DNA from: a virus | Strand: one strand, 5' to 3' | Virus record (IMG/VR): IMGVR_UViG_3300012926_000004 | Location: 836 to 64,835 of that record | Length of the DNA: 64,000 bases | Notes under the pieces: model-generated | Seen by the model: only the letters and a program-made list of their open reading frames with translations | The model's database searches: none | Told to the model about the DNA's origin: nothing | Program-made: the position numbers and the translations under genes | In this document: piece after piece, positions 53,521-63,343 of the stretch | Numbering within the stretch: the stretch's first letter is position 1 | How the letters are laid out: every line of letters begins with the position of its first letter

Positions 53521-54507
53521 TTAGGTGTTCTGTACAGCCGACAGCACGAAGCTGACACGCGGTTGGCTATTGACAATGTCCCCGAGGAACATGGTCTGGC
53601 CAGCGCCGTCAACAGAGTCAGGCAGTTCCTTGAAGCCGGTGAAACCGAACTGGAAGAGAGGATCCTCGACCACGTAGGCTTTGAGGAACTCGTCGCGGAC
53701 GCCAAATACATAGCCGGGGCTGATGTATTGATCGACCATGACGCGCTTGTTGCCGTAGAACTTCAGGGATGTCGGGCCGAAGGAGGTCGTCCCTGGATCG
53801 TCATCCATGATGCGCTGCGCCGGGAACATACGCATCCACAGCGTGTCCCAGATGTTCTGCGTGGTGAAGACCAAGTTCGGCTGGATGTTACCGAAGCTGC
53901 CGTTACCGATCGACTGCTGCAGGAGCTGAACCGAGATAGGAGCGTTCACGACCTGAGCATAGCCATTGATACCAGCGTTCGGGCCGGTGCCAATACCTGC
54001 ACGAGCCAGGCCGCCGTATTGCGGATAGGTCGTGCCGTCATCGTTGGCAGCCAGGAGACCGTCGAGAGCATTGACGCCTGAGACAACACCCTGACCATCA
54101 CGGAAGGTGTCCTGAGCGAGATACTGCATCATAGACTGATACAGGTTCGTCATCTGGACCTGAACGTAGGAGAGCGCTGCTGCCTCGCCTTGGTTCAGTG
54201 CGATCCGCTTACGGCTGAGAGTAACTGAGGTGTAGTACTCCTTCGGCTGGAAGACCATCGCGGTGTCGGTCTCAGCTGCCGAGATGTCGAACGTTCCACC
54301 GTCAACAGTAGGACCACCCTTGAGAGGTGCGTACTGCAGAGGTACCTGAATGTTCGTACCCGAGAACACTTCGAAGTTGCCTGGACGAAACAGGAACGGG
54401 AAAATGGTGGACACCTTGAAGTACACGTCCTGAATCGTCGGCAGGATGTGTTGATACGTGATCGAGGTGAGGTTGTCGTAGAGCTGCTGGTTTCCCTGAA
54501 AGGGCAT
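53521..54507 (-). CDS. major capsid protein (HK97 fold)
   Basis: 328 aa; GTNIQVPLQY, PKEYYTSVTLS, NALDGL, QYGGLAR motifs; follows scaffold and portal. Confidence 0.88.
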   Translation of the reverse strand: MPFQGNQQLYDNLTSITYQHILPTIQDVYFKVSTIFPFLFRPGNFEVFSGTNIQVPLQYAPLKGGPTVDGGTFDISAAETDTAMVFQPKEYYTSVTLSRKRIALNQGEAAALSYVQVQMTNLYQSMMQYLAQDTFRDGQGVVSGVNALDGLLAANDDGTTYPQYGGLARAGIGTGPNAGINGYAQVVNAPISVQLLQQSIGNGSFGNIQPNLVFTTQNIWDTLWMRMFPAQRIMDDDPGTTSFGPTSLKFYGNKRVMVDQYISPGYVFGVRDEFLKAYVVEDPLFQFGFTGFKELPDSVDGAGQTMFLGDIVNSQPRVSFVLSAVQNT

Positions 54508-54532
54508 ATTCGGTCCTCCGAGTTTTGCCAGC

Positions 54533-54630
54533 GGCTTGAGGCGGCTGGTTCTAAATTTTGAAGCTACAACTTTGCTGCCTTACTGCTACTACGACTGCGT
54601 GGAGCTAACTACTTTCAGCCGACTCAAGCC
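54533..54630 (-). ncRNA. structured RNA in the capsid gene leader
   Basis: GGCTTGAG/CTCAAGCC and CGGCTG/CAGCCG long-range stems enclosing an AG-rich loop. Confidence 0.45.
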
Positions 54631-54649
54631 TTAGCGATGCTACTGCTAT

Positions 54650-55438
54650 TTAGGCTCTCATCAGTTTTCTGAAATCTGCGACCATGGCGTCCTTTTGGTC
54701 GCCGGTCATTGAACCTGGTTGGTCAGTAATGCCTGTTACCTTGGCATTGGCCTGAACCATGCGGGCCAAAGGCGTATCGAGAGTAGAGAGTGTGCCGGGG
54801 ACGTTAGCCGTAGCCCGAGCTGCAACACCTTCTTCGATACCGTCCTTGACGCGCTTTGTGATGCGGTCTTCGCTGACGAAAGCATCGTGCGCCTTGGTCA
54901 TCGAAGGAAACTTGCCTGCGTTCTCGGGAGCGTTCAGAAACTCCTCGAACTTGGTTGTGTCGAGCTCTGTACCGAACTCGCGGTCGTGGCTGCGATGAAT
55001 GCGGATCAACTCGTCGCTGCCCTTGATGGTTTTGCCGAGCAGGCCTGCTTCGAACTCAGCAGCTTTGCTATTGAAGAACTTCTCAGCCGCTTTCTCCATG
55101 ATGGCCTGAGCGTCAGCAGACTTGATGCGCTCATCGATTTTGGGAATGTACTCGTCGGACAGGCGCTTATCGATCTTGTTCATCAGGAGATCGAGCTGAA
55201 GCTGGATCTCGCCTGCAGAGAGACCACCGCCGGTGCCTGTGCCAGTACCGGTTGTACGCTCACCGAGCTTAGGCAGCTGGGACTCGTCGCCACGCACAAA
55301 CGCATCATACAGCGTAGCCTGAGCTTCAGCCTGCTGCCGTGCATCCGGGTTGCGCTCTACGAGTTGCTCGAACACTGCTTTATCCTCAGGTGTCGTGAAC
55401 CGGTTCATCAGATCTTGTAATGCTGCTGGTATAGCCAT
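54650..55438 (-). CDS. capsid scaffolding protein
   Basis: helical, charged; directly upstream of MCP. Confidence 0.7.
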   Translation of the reverse strand: MAIPAALQDLMNRFTTPEDKAVFEQLVERNPDARQQAEAQATLYDAFVRGDESQLPKLGERTTGTGTGTGGGLSAGEIQLQLDLLMNKIDKRLSDEYIPKIDERIKSADAQAIMEKAAEKFFNSKAAEFEAGLLGKTIKGSDELIRIHRSHDREFGTELDTTKFEEFLNAPENAGKFPSMTKAHDAFVSEDRITKRVKDGIEEGVAARATANVPGTLSTLDTPLARMVQANAKVTGITDQPGSMTGDQKDAMVADFRKLMRA

Positions 55439-55499
55439 TGTGTTTCTCCCTTAGTGCCGGTGCGGGTTAGTGGTGCGTTAGACTGCCTCGTTTGAGTAC

Positions 55500-55916
55500 C
55501 TATGCTGCTGCTGCTCCGCCGCCTGCGCCGCCCGATCCAGTACCCAGATCCGGTGGAGCGCCTACGGTTTGATCCGCGGTTGGTGTCGTGCCTGGAACCA
55601 TGGAACTGTCGAAATCTACGCCCATAACCTGCTTGAAGCCTTCCTTGAGAGCGTCCGCTGCAGCTTGGGTGTACTTCGTAATGTCCTGACCTTTAGGCTT
55701 CATGCTGCCGATTGAACCCAGCAGAGCAATCAGCTTGGTTATGGTATCGACGTAGTTCTGCGTGTCCTTGTCGTTACCGCCGCTGGTTCCAGCCGTTGCA
55801 GCTTGATCCGCCGGCGAAGTGCCCGGTCCACTCGACTGCTGCGCCATCATCTGACCCTGTTGGGAGTAGATACTTGGCGGTGCGCCGTTCTGTGGTGTTG
55901 CCGTCGGTTGAGCCAT
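55500..55916 (-). CDS. low-complexity head-region protein
   Basis: Gln/Pro/Gly-rich; between portal and scaffold. Confidence 0.6.
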   Translation of the reverse strand: MAQPTATPQNGAPPSIYSQQGQMMAQQSSGPGTSPADQAATAGTSGGNDKDTQNYVDTITKLIALLGSIGSMKPKGQDITKYTQAAADALKEGFKQVMGVDFDSSMVPGTTPTADQTVGAPPDLGTGSGGAGGGAAAA

Positions 55917-56005
55917 CGGTCAGTAGCCTTTCGAGTAAGTCAGGTTGCAGTTGAAGTTTGCTGAGGCTGAGGCTGAAGTCTTGCTGTCAGCCCCTACCTG
56001 CAAAC

Positions 56006-56242
56006 TTAGTGGCTCTTTGGCTGATTCTTCCGGTTGTCATCGATCGAATCCTGGAAGCAAATATCGCGCTTCGGAACGAGCGGTGTTGCCGTGGTCGTTG
56101 AGCCAGCCAGTTCGCCGAAGTTCACGAACGTGCCCTTGACCATGGACGGCTCAGGAACTTCCTCGCCATAGCTTGGCTTCAGCTCGGGATCGTCTGGGAT
56201 CTCGTGGCCGGCATTGATGGAGTGGTGAGAGTGGCGTGCCAT
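56006..56242 (-). CDS. hypothetical protein
   Basis: AAGGAG RBS. Confidence 0.6.
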   Translation of the reverse strand: MARHSHHSINAGHEIPDDPELKPSYGEEVPEPSMVKGTFVNFGELAGSTTTATPLVPKRDICFQDSIDDNRKNQPKSH

Positions 56243-56346
56243 CGGGTAGTCTCCTTAGTTTGGTTTTGGGTCCCTGGTCGAGTTATCGATCAAGAACCCG
56301 ATTGTTTGACGGTTGAGGCCAGATCCGAAGTTCGGATGCCTAAGGC

Positions 56347-56472
56347 TTAGCGCTTCTTGCGCTCCGAGGTCTTACGCTCGTGACGCTTCTCTTCGCGCTT
56401 TACCTTGTGCTTCTTCTCTTCGCGCTTGTGCTCCTCACGCTTCTCTTCTTTAGCTTCATGTTCCTTGCGCAT
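56347..56472 (-). CDS. 41-aa Lys/Glu/Arg/His-rich peptide (MRKEHEAKEEKREEHKREEKKHKVKREEKRHERKTSERKKR)
   Basis: AGGAG RBS; clean ORF not in the track. Confidence 0.6.
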   Translation of the reverse strand: MRKEHEAKEEKREEHKREEKKHKVKREEKRHERKTSERKKR

Positions 56473-56647
56473 CGGGTTTTTCTCCTAGAGGGTACGAACT
56501 AGCGATGGCCAAAACCACTGCTGTCATGGCTATAGCAACAGGCATGCTGGGGTTAGGGCAATGGTTTTTAGGGTTTTTCTGAGGGAGCTACATGAAGGCG
56601 TGTAATTTAGGCGGGGCGAGCTTGCGGCGAGCTTGCGAGCCAGGCGC

Positions 56648-56676
56648 AAAAAAGAGGGCCTACACTCAATAGGCCC
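56648..56676 (-). terminator. intrinsic terminator
   Basis: GGGCCTA-loop-TAGGCCC followed by TCTTTTTT on the minus strand. Confidence 0.7.
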
Positions 56677-56750
56677 ATCGCAGAATAAACATTGGCTTCC
56701 CACAACACAGGTAGAGTAGCACACGAGCGAGTGCGTGCATGCAAGATATG

Positions 56751-57038
56751 TTATTTGCGATTTACTGAGCGGACTCCGGCTGTGCGTTGTTTTGGGATCG
56801 CAGGGCCGCCAGCTTTGCGTGGTTTCGTGCCGCGAGTAGGCAGCTTTTTTGAGGGCGCAGTCACGCGCGGTGCGGTGGTGGCGGAAGTCGAGGAGTTGCG
56901 CTTGGGAGTTACGCGCTCAGGCAGCTTTTTGATATTGGGCGTGGCGGCTGCCCACTCTTTGGGCATGGATTTAGGGATTTCTCCGCGAGCGGCAGCAGCA
57001 AACATCCAGCGTTGCTGACTTTTCGATTTTAGGGGCAC
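56751..57038 (-). CDS. small basic phage protein
   Basis: MPLKSKSQQRWMFA...KKLPERV resembles a widespread phage family (from recall); AGGAGG RBS. Confidence 0.7.
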   Translation of the reverse strand: MPLKSKSQQRWMFAAAARGEIPKSMPKEWAAATPNIKKLPERVTPKRNSSTSATTAPRVTAPSKKLPTRGTKPRKAGGPAIPKQRTAGVRSVNRK

Positions 57039-57050
57039 GATACTACCTCC

Positions 57051-58871
57051 TTAGTGCGGTCCTTGTGGTCCTTGTTTCGCCTGCGCTGCGGCTGCGTTCG
57101 CCAGCATCGCCAGCTTGAGCTTGTCCAGAGCCTCTTCCTTGAGCTCTCGCTCGTTCTGATCCATGTCAACGTTCGCATCAAGCACCCGGAAGAGGTTCTT
57201 ACGGCTGAGGTCCCCAGTGCGGCGGAGCACAGCAGCCATCTGAACCCTGGTTTCCTTGTCAAAGGTCAACGCAGAGCCTGGCCGGATCGAGAATTGGAAT
57301 TTGCGTACTACTTCTTCAGGCCGAGTACCGGAGTGCGTGTTCAGCATGGACCCATACAACGGCTGGAAATCGCTCGGCATGATGCCATCCTCGCCGAGGA
57401 TCGCTACGCGATGGCCGACAGTGTAGAACTGCAGCATGTTCGACATGACGAGCTGGCCGGCTTTGGTCATGAAACGCTCTAAGGCGCGGCCCATGACACG
57501 GACGAGGGCCGAGCGCGAGTTGTTGATGAGTTCCAGCGAGTCGTGACTGGGGATTTGGTCCTTGGCTGCAGCATCGTTGATCGCGGAACTGCCAGTAGAC
57601 TTGTCCATTTCGTCCTGAATCATCTGAGCGAAAGGCATGGCCAGGCTCGGAATCTCAGGCTGCGGCCGGAATGTAGGTGCACTGCCGGAATTCTGATTGA
57701 ATTCGAGCTTGCCGCCTGAAATCGTGGTCGAGATATTGTCCAGATCGCCTCGGGAGACGGAGTTGCGAGGCGCAATGATCGTTGGAGTCAGGCCAGCCTT
57801 GATCGTTTCGAGCAGGCCGGACATAATCCGGTTAAGGACGTCCTGCGGGCCTATTTGGTTGCCCATAACGGACATGCCTTCAGCCGCCCACGGACCCTTG
57901 AGGGGCTTGAAGTCTACGTAGGGATGGTGCTGGTTGTAGAAATAAGGGTTGCAAGTGTCGTCCAGGACCTTTTTGCCTGCGGTGACGACTAGCCGGCCAC
58001 GTGGGTAGAGCGGCTGGCCAGGTGCAACCTTGTAGCCCCAGTTGGCCTTGGCTGGACCCATCTGAATGGTCTCGCCAGTCTCGTTCAGGCTGGGGTCAAG
58101 CATCCAGAACTGACGCATCATCGCCATCGGATAGAGTTGCTCGGAGCCGTTCGCGCCACCGGACTTGACGCCCAGGACGCGGCGCATCTGCGGCGACAGC
58201 TTGGACCATTCGGCAGAGGAGAGGCTGGAGGGGCGCATCGGCTGAGCGAGCGCTGTGATACCAGGCGCTTCGGGCTCGACGTCGCGGGCTAGGTCGCCAT
58301 AACGGCGGATCAGGGATGCGATCGAGACTAGGTCTTTCTCGATCACGCACTCGGATTTCTCTAGGCTGCCGTCGCCACCGAGGATAGACAGCTTCATCGG
58401 ATTGATCGAGATGATCTCGGTGTCGCCGTAGCCGCCTTTGAGCTTGGGGTTCCACTGGACTTTGCCGAAGCCGCGCGCCAGGAGTCCCATGCCTACGATG
58501 TCTTGCAGGGCCTCGGGATAGCCAGGGTCGGTGGCCCAGAACTGCAGAAACTGTGTGAGCTTGGCCTGGATTGTAGAGAAGTCGTTGTGTCGGTCCCAGA
58601 CCTTGATCTGAGGCTCAGGCTTACCTTCGGTCAGCAGGGAGACGAGCTCCCAGTACTGCCGGAACATGTGGTTCGTGACGGGGCGCGCGGAGCCATATGC
58701 GGTCGGGCGATTCGGCCACTGATTCCCGCACAAATATTGGATGATCTTGGGAAACAGCTTCAAGGCAGGCGACTGCGAAGTCTCTTCTTCGGCCTGGCGG
58801 ACTGCTAGCTCTGTCCAGGCAATCACTTCGGCTTCGAGTTTGGCTGGCGGTATCGTGCTGAACTTTGGCAT
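57051..58871 (-). CDS. portal protein (P22 gp1-like)
   Basis: 606 aa; G-x-G-x-x-K...W, IGPQDVLNRI, SAINDAA, RKFQFSIRPGS; upstream of scaffold and MCP. Confidence 0.85.
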   Translation of the reverse strand: MPKFSTIPPAKLEAEVIAWTELAVRQAEEETSQSPALKLFPKIIQYLCGNQWPNRPTAYGSARPVTNHMFRQYWELVSLLTEGKPEPQIKVWDRHNDFSTIQAKLTQFLQFWATDPGYPEALQDIVGMGLLARGFGKVQWNPKLKGGYGDTEIISINPMKLSILGGDGSLEKSECVIEKDLVSIASLIRRYGDLARDVEPEAPGITALAQPMRPSSLSSAEWSKLSPQMRRVLGVKSGGANGSEQLYPMAMMRQFWMLDPSLNETGETIQMGPAKANWGYKVAPGQPLYPRGRLVVTAGKKVLDDTCNPYFYNQHHPYVDFKPLKGPWAAEGMSVMGNQIGPQDVLNRIMSGLLETIKAGLTPTIIAPRNSVSRGDLDNISTTISGGKLEFNQNSGSAPTFRPQPEIPSLAMPFAQMIQDEMDKSTGSSAINDAAAKDQIPSHDSLELINNSRSALVRVMGRALERFMTKAGQLVMSNMLQFYTVGHRVAILGEDGIMPSDFQPLYGSMLNTHSGTRPEEVVRKFQFSIRPGSALTFDKETRVQMAAVLRRTGDLSRKNLFRVLDANVDMDQNERELKEEALDKLKLAMLANAAAAQAKQGPQGPH

Positions 58872-58982
58872 GCTGTCTCGTGTCTCGCAGATCCTGTTGA
58901 AGCTTCAGAGGTAGAGTCGCATGGCGGCGCGGTGCACGGCAAGGTTTTTAGCTGGAAGTTTTTGGCTGGCGGTTGAGTACTC

Positions 58983-59744
58983 CTACCTGCGGCTTAGATC
59001 TTGAGGCTTGGCTATGTGCGCGATTGGCGAGACAGCGCCTGCAGGGAGCGGCTTCGGCCGAGGCGGCGGTAGCTGGTTGGAGGTAGCCTGCTGCTGCTGG
59101 TGATAGTACTCGGGATCGTCAGGGTCGATGATCTGGGGGAACTGGGTCTGTGGGGGCAGAGCGAGTGAGTCGGGATCAATCGCAGGCTGTTGGCTGCCAG
59201 TACCTAACAAGGCACCTAGAGCACCAAGACCGTTGGTGGCCTGCTGTCCGCCGCCAAGTGCGCCGATAAGCTTCAAGACGGGTTCCAGAACCTTTTGCTG
59301 CATGCGTGCCTCGTCCAGGGACTTTTTGACCTCGATATAGGCTTTGGCCAGGCCTACGATGTCACGGCCCTTGGTAATCGTCATGTTCAGTTCTTTGCTG
59401 AGGTCGGCGAGCTCGCGTGCGTATTGGCCTTCAAGCAGGACTGTGTCGTCATCGACGAGTGCGTGGAACAAGGCGCAGAGAGTTGTTTGGAGGTTCACTG
59501 GGAACTTGGACTGGAGCGTGGCCAGGTCGCTCGGGTAGATCCACATCGGCTGTGCGATCGTGTTCGGGGGCTGCTTCTCGGCCATAACCATCTGCTGCAT
59601 GCGTGGCTTGCGGGCCATGAGGGTTTGGTACTCCCACTGATGCTTGTTGACCTGGCAGAACATGCCTTTTTGCTCGTTGATGATCAGCGAATCAATACCT
59701 TGACGGTCGCATGCGGGACAATATATGCCTGTGTGCTTGGACAT
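58983..59744 (-). CDS. hypothetical protein with N-terminal CxxC
   Basis: YCPAC...FCQVNKH; Pro/Gln-rich tail. Confidence 0.65.
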   Translation of the reverse strand: MSKHTGIYCPACDRQGIDSLIINEQKGMFCQVNKHQWEYQTLMARKPRMQQMVMAEKQPPNTIAQPMWIYPSDLATLQSKFPVNLQTTLCALFHALVDDDTVLLEGQYARELADLSKELNMTITKGRDIVGLAKAYIEVKKSLDEARMQQKVLEPVLKLIGALGGGQQATNGLGALGALLGTGSQQPAIDPDSLALPPQTQFPQIIDPDDPEYYHQQQQATSNQLPPPRPKPLPAGAVSPIAHIAKPQDLSRR

Positions 59745-59795
59745 GTGGTTCCTCAGCTACACGTTATCATGTAAAGCCGGGTGAGGGAAGTAGGT

Positions 59796-59987
59796 TCAGC
59801 GTAGCAGGACCGTGCCGTGACCAAGGCCGCCTGTCAACAACTCGATCAGCGCTACGAGGAAGGTGATGGCTACGATCAGGCGCACGATCCAGACGAACTG
59901 AGGCGGGATCGGAATCAGGCTGACGATGTAACTGATGATGCCGAAGATAATGAACAGGATCAGGAGCGAGATCAGAAAGCTAAGCAT
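59796..59987 (-). CDS. small two-TM membrane protein
   Basis: LISLLILFIIFGIISYIV...IPIP...WIVRLIVAITFLVALIELL. Confidence 0.65.
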   Translation of the reverse strand: MLSFLISLLILFIIFGIISYIVSLIPIPPQFVWIVRLIVAITFLVALIELLTGGLGHGTVLLR

Positions 59988-60039
59988 GGCTAGAAACCTC
60001 ATGTGGGTCGGATGCAGCGTGCGGAAGCTGGGTTGGTTA

Positions 60040-60068
60040 TTGACATGTTACATGAATCGATGTAAAGT
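60040..60068 (+). promoter_or_regulatory. leaderless sigma70-type promoter
   Basis: TTGACA-N17-TAAAGT, 6 nt to ATG 60075. Confidence 0.7.
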
Positions 60069-60074
60069 CGTGGC

Positions 60075-60461
60075 ATGTTGAAGCCTTCTAAGTCCGATGA
60101 AGTCCGCCCAGAAGTGCAGCATATGATCGATCTGCATCGCAGAATGTCGTTGCTGGGCGCGGAGGTAGACCGCAGCAGGCATGACAATATGCAGCATCTA
60201 GAAGATATCAAGGAAGTTGTGTTGACGATCCAGGAGTGGCAGAGGAAGCAGACTTGGTGGGCGGTGGGCACAGTACTGGCGTTTGGCGTTGGTCTATCGC
60301 CAGCGTGGGCTAGAGAAGTAGAGATTGCTTTTGGTGGGACTGTACTGGGGACAGGACTTCTGATATGGATCCTTATCGCGGCGGTAGACTTCATCAAGGA
60401 TGCCGTGCAGCACCGTAAGGAACATAGGGCGGCAGAGCCCGGAAAGGCAGGTCAGCCATAA
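60075..60461 (+). CDS. coiled-coil plus two-TM membrane protein
   Basis: hydrophobic helices in the C-terminal half. Confidence 0.65.
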   Translation: MLKPSKSDEVRPEVQHMIDLHRRMSLLGAEVDRSRHDNMQHLEDIKEVVLTIQEWQRKQTWWAVGTVLAFGVGLSPAWAREVEIAFGGTVLGTGLLIWILIAAVDFIKDAVQHRKEHRAAEPGKAGQP

Positions 60462-60949
60462 TGTTTTTTAAGGTTCCGATGATCGACGGTGGAAAGGTGG
60501 ACGACGAGTGGGAGTTCGGCGAGACGAATGGGTCAGATGGTGATCTGGAGTATAGGAACTACTGGAGTTTCTTCGCAGGATGGTTTGGGGCTGGATCGAT
60601 TTTACTCGCTCTTAGCACAGCGCTATGGTGCTTTGGGTTCCGGCCGGTGCCGAAGTGTGTGGTTGTGAGCGCCAGTACTGAGTACCGATACGAGTTCGCA
60701 TGGGTTGCGCAGGATGGTAAGGAGTGTGGTAGGTTGTGGCGCAATACCGATGGTCCGCTGTGGCATGCGCAGCCGAGCGGGTTCTTCTGGCCGGACAAGG
60801 AATTTACTGAAGTAGGCAATGCTTTCCGGTATATGAACGAGCACTGTGCCCCGATGGGGCCGTATGCTGTGCAGATCCCGGAAGAGGGTAAGCCAGTGGT
60901 CGAATGGAATTTCCGCGGCGACAAGGTTCATCCGCGGGCGGATAAGTAG
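60461..60949 (+). CDS. single-TM hypothetical protein
   Basis: coupled start; WFGAGSILLALSTALWCFG helix. Confidence 0.6.
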   Translation: MFFKVPMIDGGKVDDEWEFGETNGSDGDLEYRNYWSFFAGWFGAGSILLALSTALWCFGFRPVPKCVVVSASTEYRYEFAWVAQDGKECGRLWRNTDGPLWHAQPSGFFWPDKEFTEVGNAFRYMNEHCAPMGPYAVQIPEEGKPVVEWNFRGDKVHPRADK

Positions 60950-61123
60950 ATGAAGCGCTGGCTGCGTTGGGCGAAGGCGTTGGTGGGTGATATCAAGTTC
61001 GCCTGGCACTATCGAGGCTATCAGATTTATGTGGAACATTTTCCAGTCAGTGCGTGGGTGTTGCGGACTTATATCAGACGTCATGGAGAGGTTGATTGGT
61101 ATGCGATACGGAAAGAAAAGTAA
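60950..61123 (+). CDS. 57-aa hypothetical protein
   Basis: ATG directly after upstream TAG; open to TAA 61123. Confidence 0.4.
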   Translation: MKRWLRWAKALVGDIKFAWHYRGYQIYVEHFPVSAWVLRTYIRRHGEVDWYAIRKEK

Positions 61124-61910
61124 GGCTGCGGAGGTTGCTGAGGCTCTGGAGTTGGAGAAGACTCGGCTTAGTGATAATGCCGCTGCGGCTGAACATGCGC
61201 GGCTGATAGAGAAGGATGTGCTGAACTTCGCCAAGGCCAAGTCTAGCGGCGTAGTTGAGTATTGGACTGAGGCTGAGAGAGTAGCGCTGGAGAATGCGTT
61301 GCGAGAGATGCACGGCCGCGAGCCAGTATTCGGGCATGCGACTGAAGTCGGGTCATATCCAGTTGAGTTCGGCGACCATTGCCCGGCGTGCGTGTTAGGT
61401 CAGAGCCTTGAGAAGGGCGAAGGCACGCATTTAGAGGGGACTATTGAGTATCCTGATGTGCCTGATGCTTTAGCGGATCTGAATCCGAGACCGTCATGGT
61501 GGACCGAGAATGTTGCTGCTCAAGCTGAAGTTGCGGCGGCTGCACAGAAAGCTCGTGCGCAGGCTGTTCGCCCGCTAACAGCCTCCGAGATGAATGTAGT
61601 CTACCAGATTCGTAATGCTGTTGAAGAGTACATGGAGAATCAGAAGGTGATTGAGATGTTGTCAGGGGTTGGATCCGGTCAGACTGGTGCAGTAGGCCGT
61701 GCAAAGCCAGTAGCCGATCTCGCCGATCATGGCAATCCTTGGAGAGAAGCTGATGAGCTGCGCGCTGAGGTGCAGAAGCTCAGACAGGAATTGATGAATG
61801 CAAAGTCTGTATCAGCAGCTCGGCAAGCTGATATCGACTACATGACAGTCGAGCTGACTAGACTGACGAATATGCTGAAAGCGCCGAAGGCATTGCTAAG
61901 GGAGAGTTGA
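61101..61910 (+). CDS. coiled-coil hypothetical protein
   Basis: GGAGAGG RBS before ATG 61101. Confidence 0.65.
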   Translation: MRYGKKSKAAEVAEALELEKTRLSDNAAAAEHARLIEKDVLNFAKAKSSGVVEYWTEAERVALENALREMHGREPVFGHATEVGSYPVEFGDHCPACVLGQSLEKGEGTHLEGTIEYPDVPDALADLNPRPSWWTENVAAQAEVAAAAQKARAQAVRPLTASEMNVVYQIRNAVEEYMENQKVIEMLSGVGSGQTGAVGRAKPVADLADHGNPWREADELRAEVQKLRQELMNAKSVSAARQADIDYMTVELTRLTNMLKAPKALLRES

Positions 61911-61911
61911 C

Positions 61912-62850
61912 ATGATGTTGATAGTTGCAGGTTTAGTAGCTGGGATGTTGATGCAGGCCAAGGCAAGCTCAGATCAGATAACGCTTGCTGAAGCCAAGGC
62001 CGCGGGGAACGTGATCTATTACGTAAACTGTGCGACGAACGAGGTGCTGCCGAAGGGCAAGACGTCGGAGTGTTGGTTTGCCAATGACGGTACGGTAGCA
62101 GTGCCTGCGCCAGGCTATGTTGCTACACCATTCTTCGGGGGAGTTGATGATCGTCAGGTTGTTATAGGTACGGAGGATAAGCCCACGCCGATTATTATCG
62201 AAGGCGGCAGCTACGGCGGCATGCCGATCACGGTGCCGAAGGGCAGTTATGTTGTAGTGATCACGCCGCCGTCGTCTCAGTCTAAGATCACGATGGCTCC
62301 AGCTCCTGAGCCGAAGCTGCATGACTGGAACGGCCAGCAGTGGCAGGATCACGGCATGCCGAACTGTCTCAATCCAGATTTTAAGAATGGTGGCAATCAG
62401 CCTTGTGTCACGTATGGGCCTGGTCAGGAGCAAGGTGGTTTCATCGATCATGGCTATAGTACTTGCGTTTACCTGACCGGCAAGTCTGATCCTTGCATAC
62501 CGATGGGCGTTGGTGGAGCGCCGCCGCCGCCGCAGATTCCAACAGCTACGATCACGGTCACTGCTGACAAGGCTAAGTCGCTGCTGACTGTGGCTGTGGC
62601 GTGCCCGGCGGGCTACATAGTCAAGATGCCGTTGCTCAAGGAAACGCCATCGGACAAGAACGTCGCTGAGAGTCTAGAAGCTATGTTCAGCTCGACATGC
62701 TCGAACTCAGGAGGTGTGCGCGCGGGCGAAGTGACACCGACGATCACGTATACGTTGGATCTCTGGAAGACCGCACTGGAGTGGTCGAATCAGCACTGGA
62801 TCGATACGAATCTAGGCGGCAGCGGTAAGCCCAAGCAGAAGGAGAAGTGA
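61912..62850 (+). CDS. secreted hypothetical protein
   Basis: signal-like N-terminus (AKA-S); several Cys; Pro/Gly-rich. Confidence 0.65.
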   Translation: MMLIVAGLVAGMLMQAKASSDQITLAEAKAAGNVIYYVNCATNEVLPKGKTSECWFANDGTVAVPAPGYVATPFFGGVDDRQVVIGTEDKPTPIIIEGGSYGGMPITVPKGSYVVVITPPSSQSKITMAPAPEPKLHDWNGQQWQDHGMPNCLNPDFKNGGNQPCVTYGPGQEQGGFIDHGYSTCVYLTGKSDPCIPMGVGGAPPPPQIPTATITVTADKAKSLLTVAVACPAGYIVKMPLLKETPSDKNVAESLEAMFSSTCSNSGGVRAGEVTPTITYTLDLWKTALEWSNQHWIDTNLGGSGKPKQKEK

Positions 62851-62956
62851 TCGCAATGTTGCAGCGAGTCGTATGGTTGTTGTTCGGCAAGCCAGGCCAG
62901 TTAGTAGGCAGTAGGTACGAAGCTCTGAAAGGGTTAGTAGGGGAGCGGTAACGCCA

Positions 62957-63334
62957 ATGGCCATGATGGATCTGACTAAGATTCCGATAAAAGGTGTGAC
63001 CTGGTTTGAGGCGCATTTCAGAGTGCCTACTCCTCGTCAGCATGTGGGAGGTGCTGTACGTCCAGGCGCTGATATCAACATCGCTGACGTAATCTTCGAG
63101 GATAATAGTTACGTTCAGTTCGAGTTAGTGCTGTATCAGAGCCTGCATCGCATGGCCAGGCTGCATATACATGCGCACTACAGCCCTGCAACGACACGCG
63201 ATAAGAAAGATGTCTGGCTGCATGCCGGTTACTTGTGCAGCCGCTGCAGCCAGGTGTTCATGGTGTTCGAGGGCGAGAAGCTGGGCGATAGCTTGGGTCA
63301 TAATTGTATTGACCGGCTACATGGTTTCGTGTAA
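62957..63334 (+). CDS. hypothetical protein with CxxC zinc motif
   Basis: GGGGAG RBS; YLCSRC...HNC. Confidence 0.6.
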   Translation: MAMMDLTKIPIKGVTWFEAHFRVPTPRQHVGGAVRPGADINIADVIFEDNSYVQFELVLYQSLHRMARLHIHAHYSPATTRDKKDVWLHAGYLCSRCSQVFMVFEGEKLGDSLGHNCIDRLHGFV

Positions 63335-63343
63335 TTTCTAGCT

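Noticed and set aside
56243-56346. tRNA or other named ncRNA at the ATCCGAAGTTCGGAT hairpin
   Set aside because: Only a single 7-bp hairpin; no cloverleaf or T-loop context
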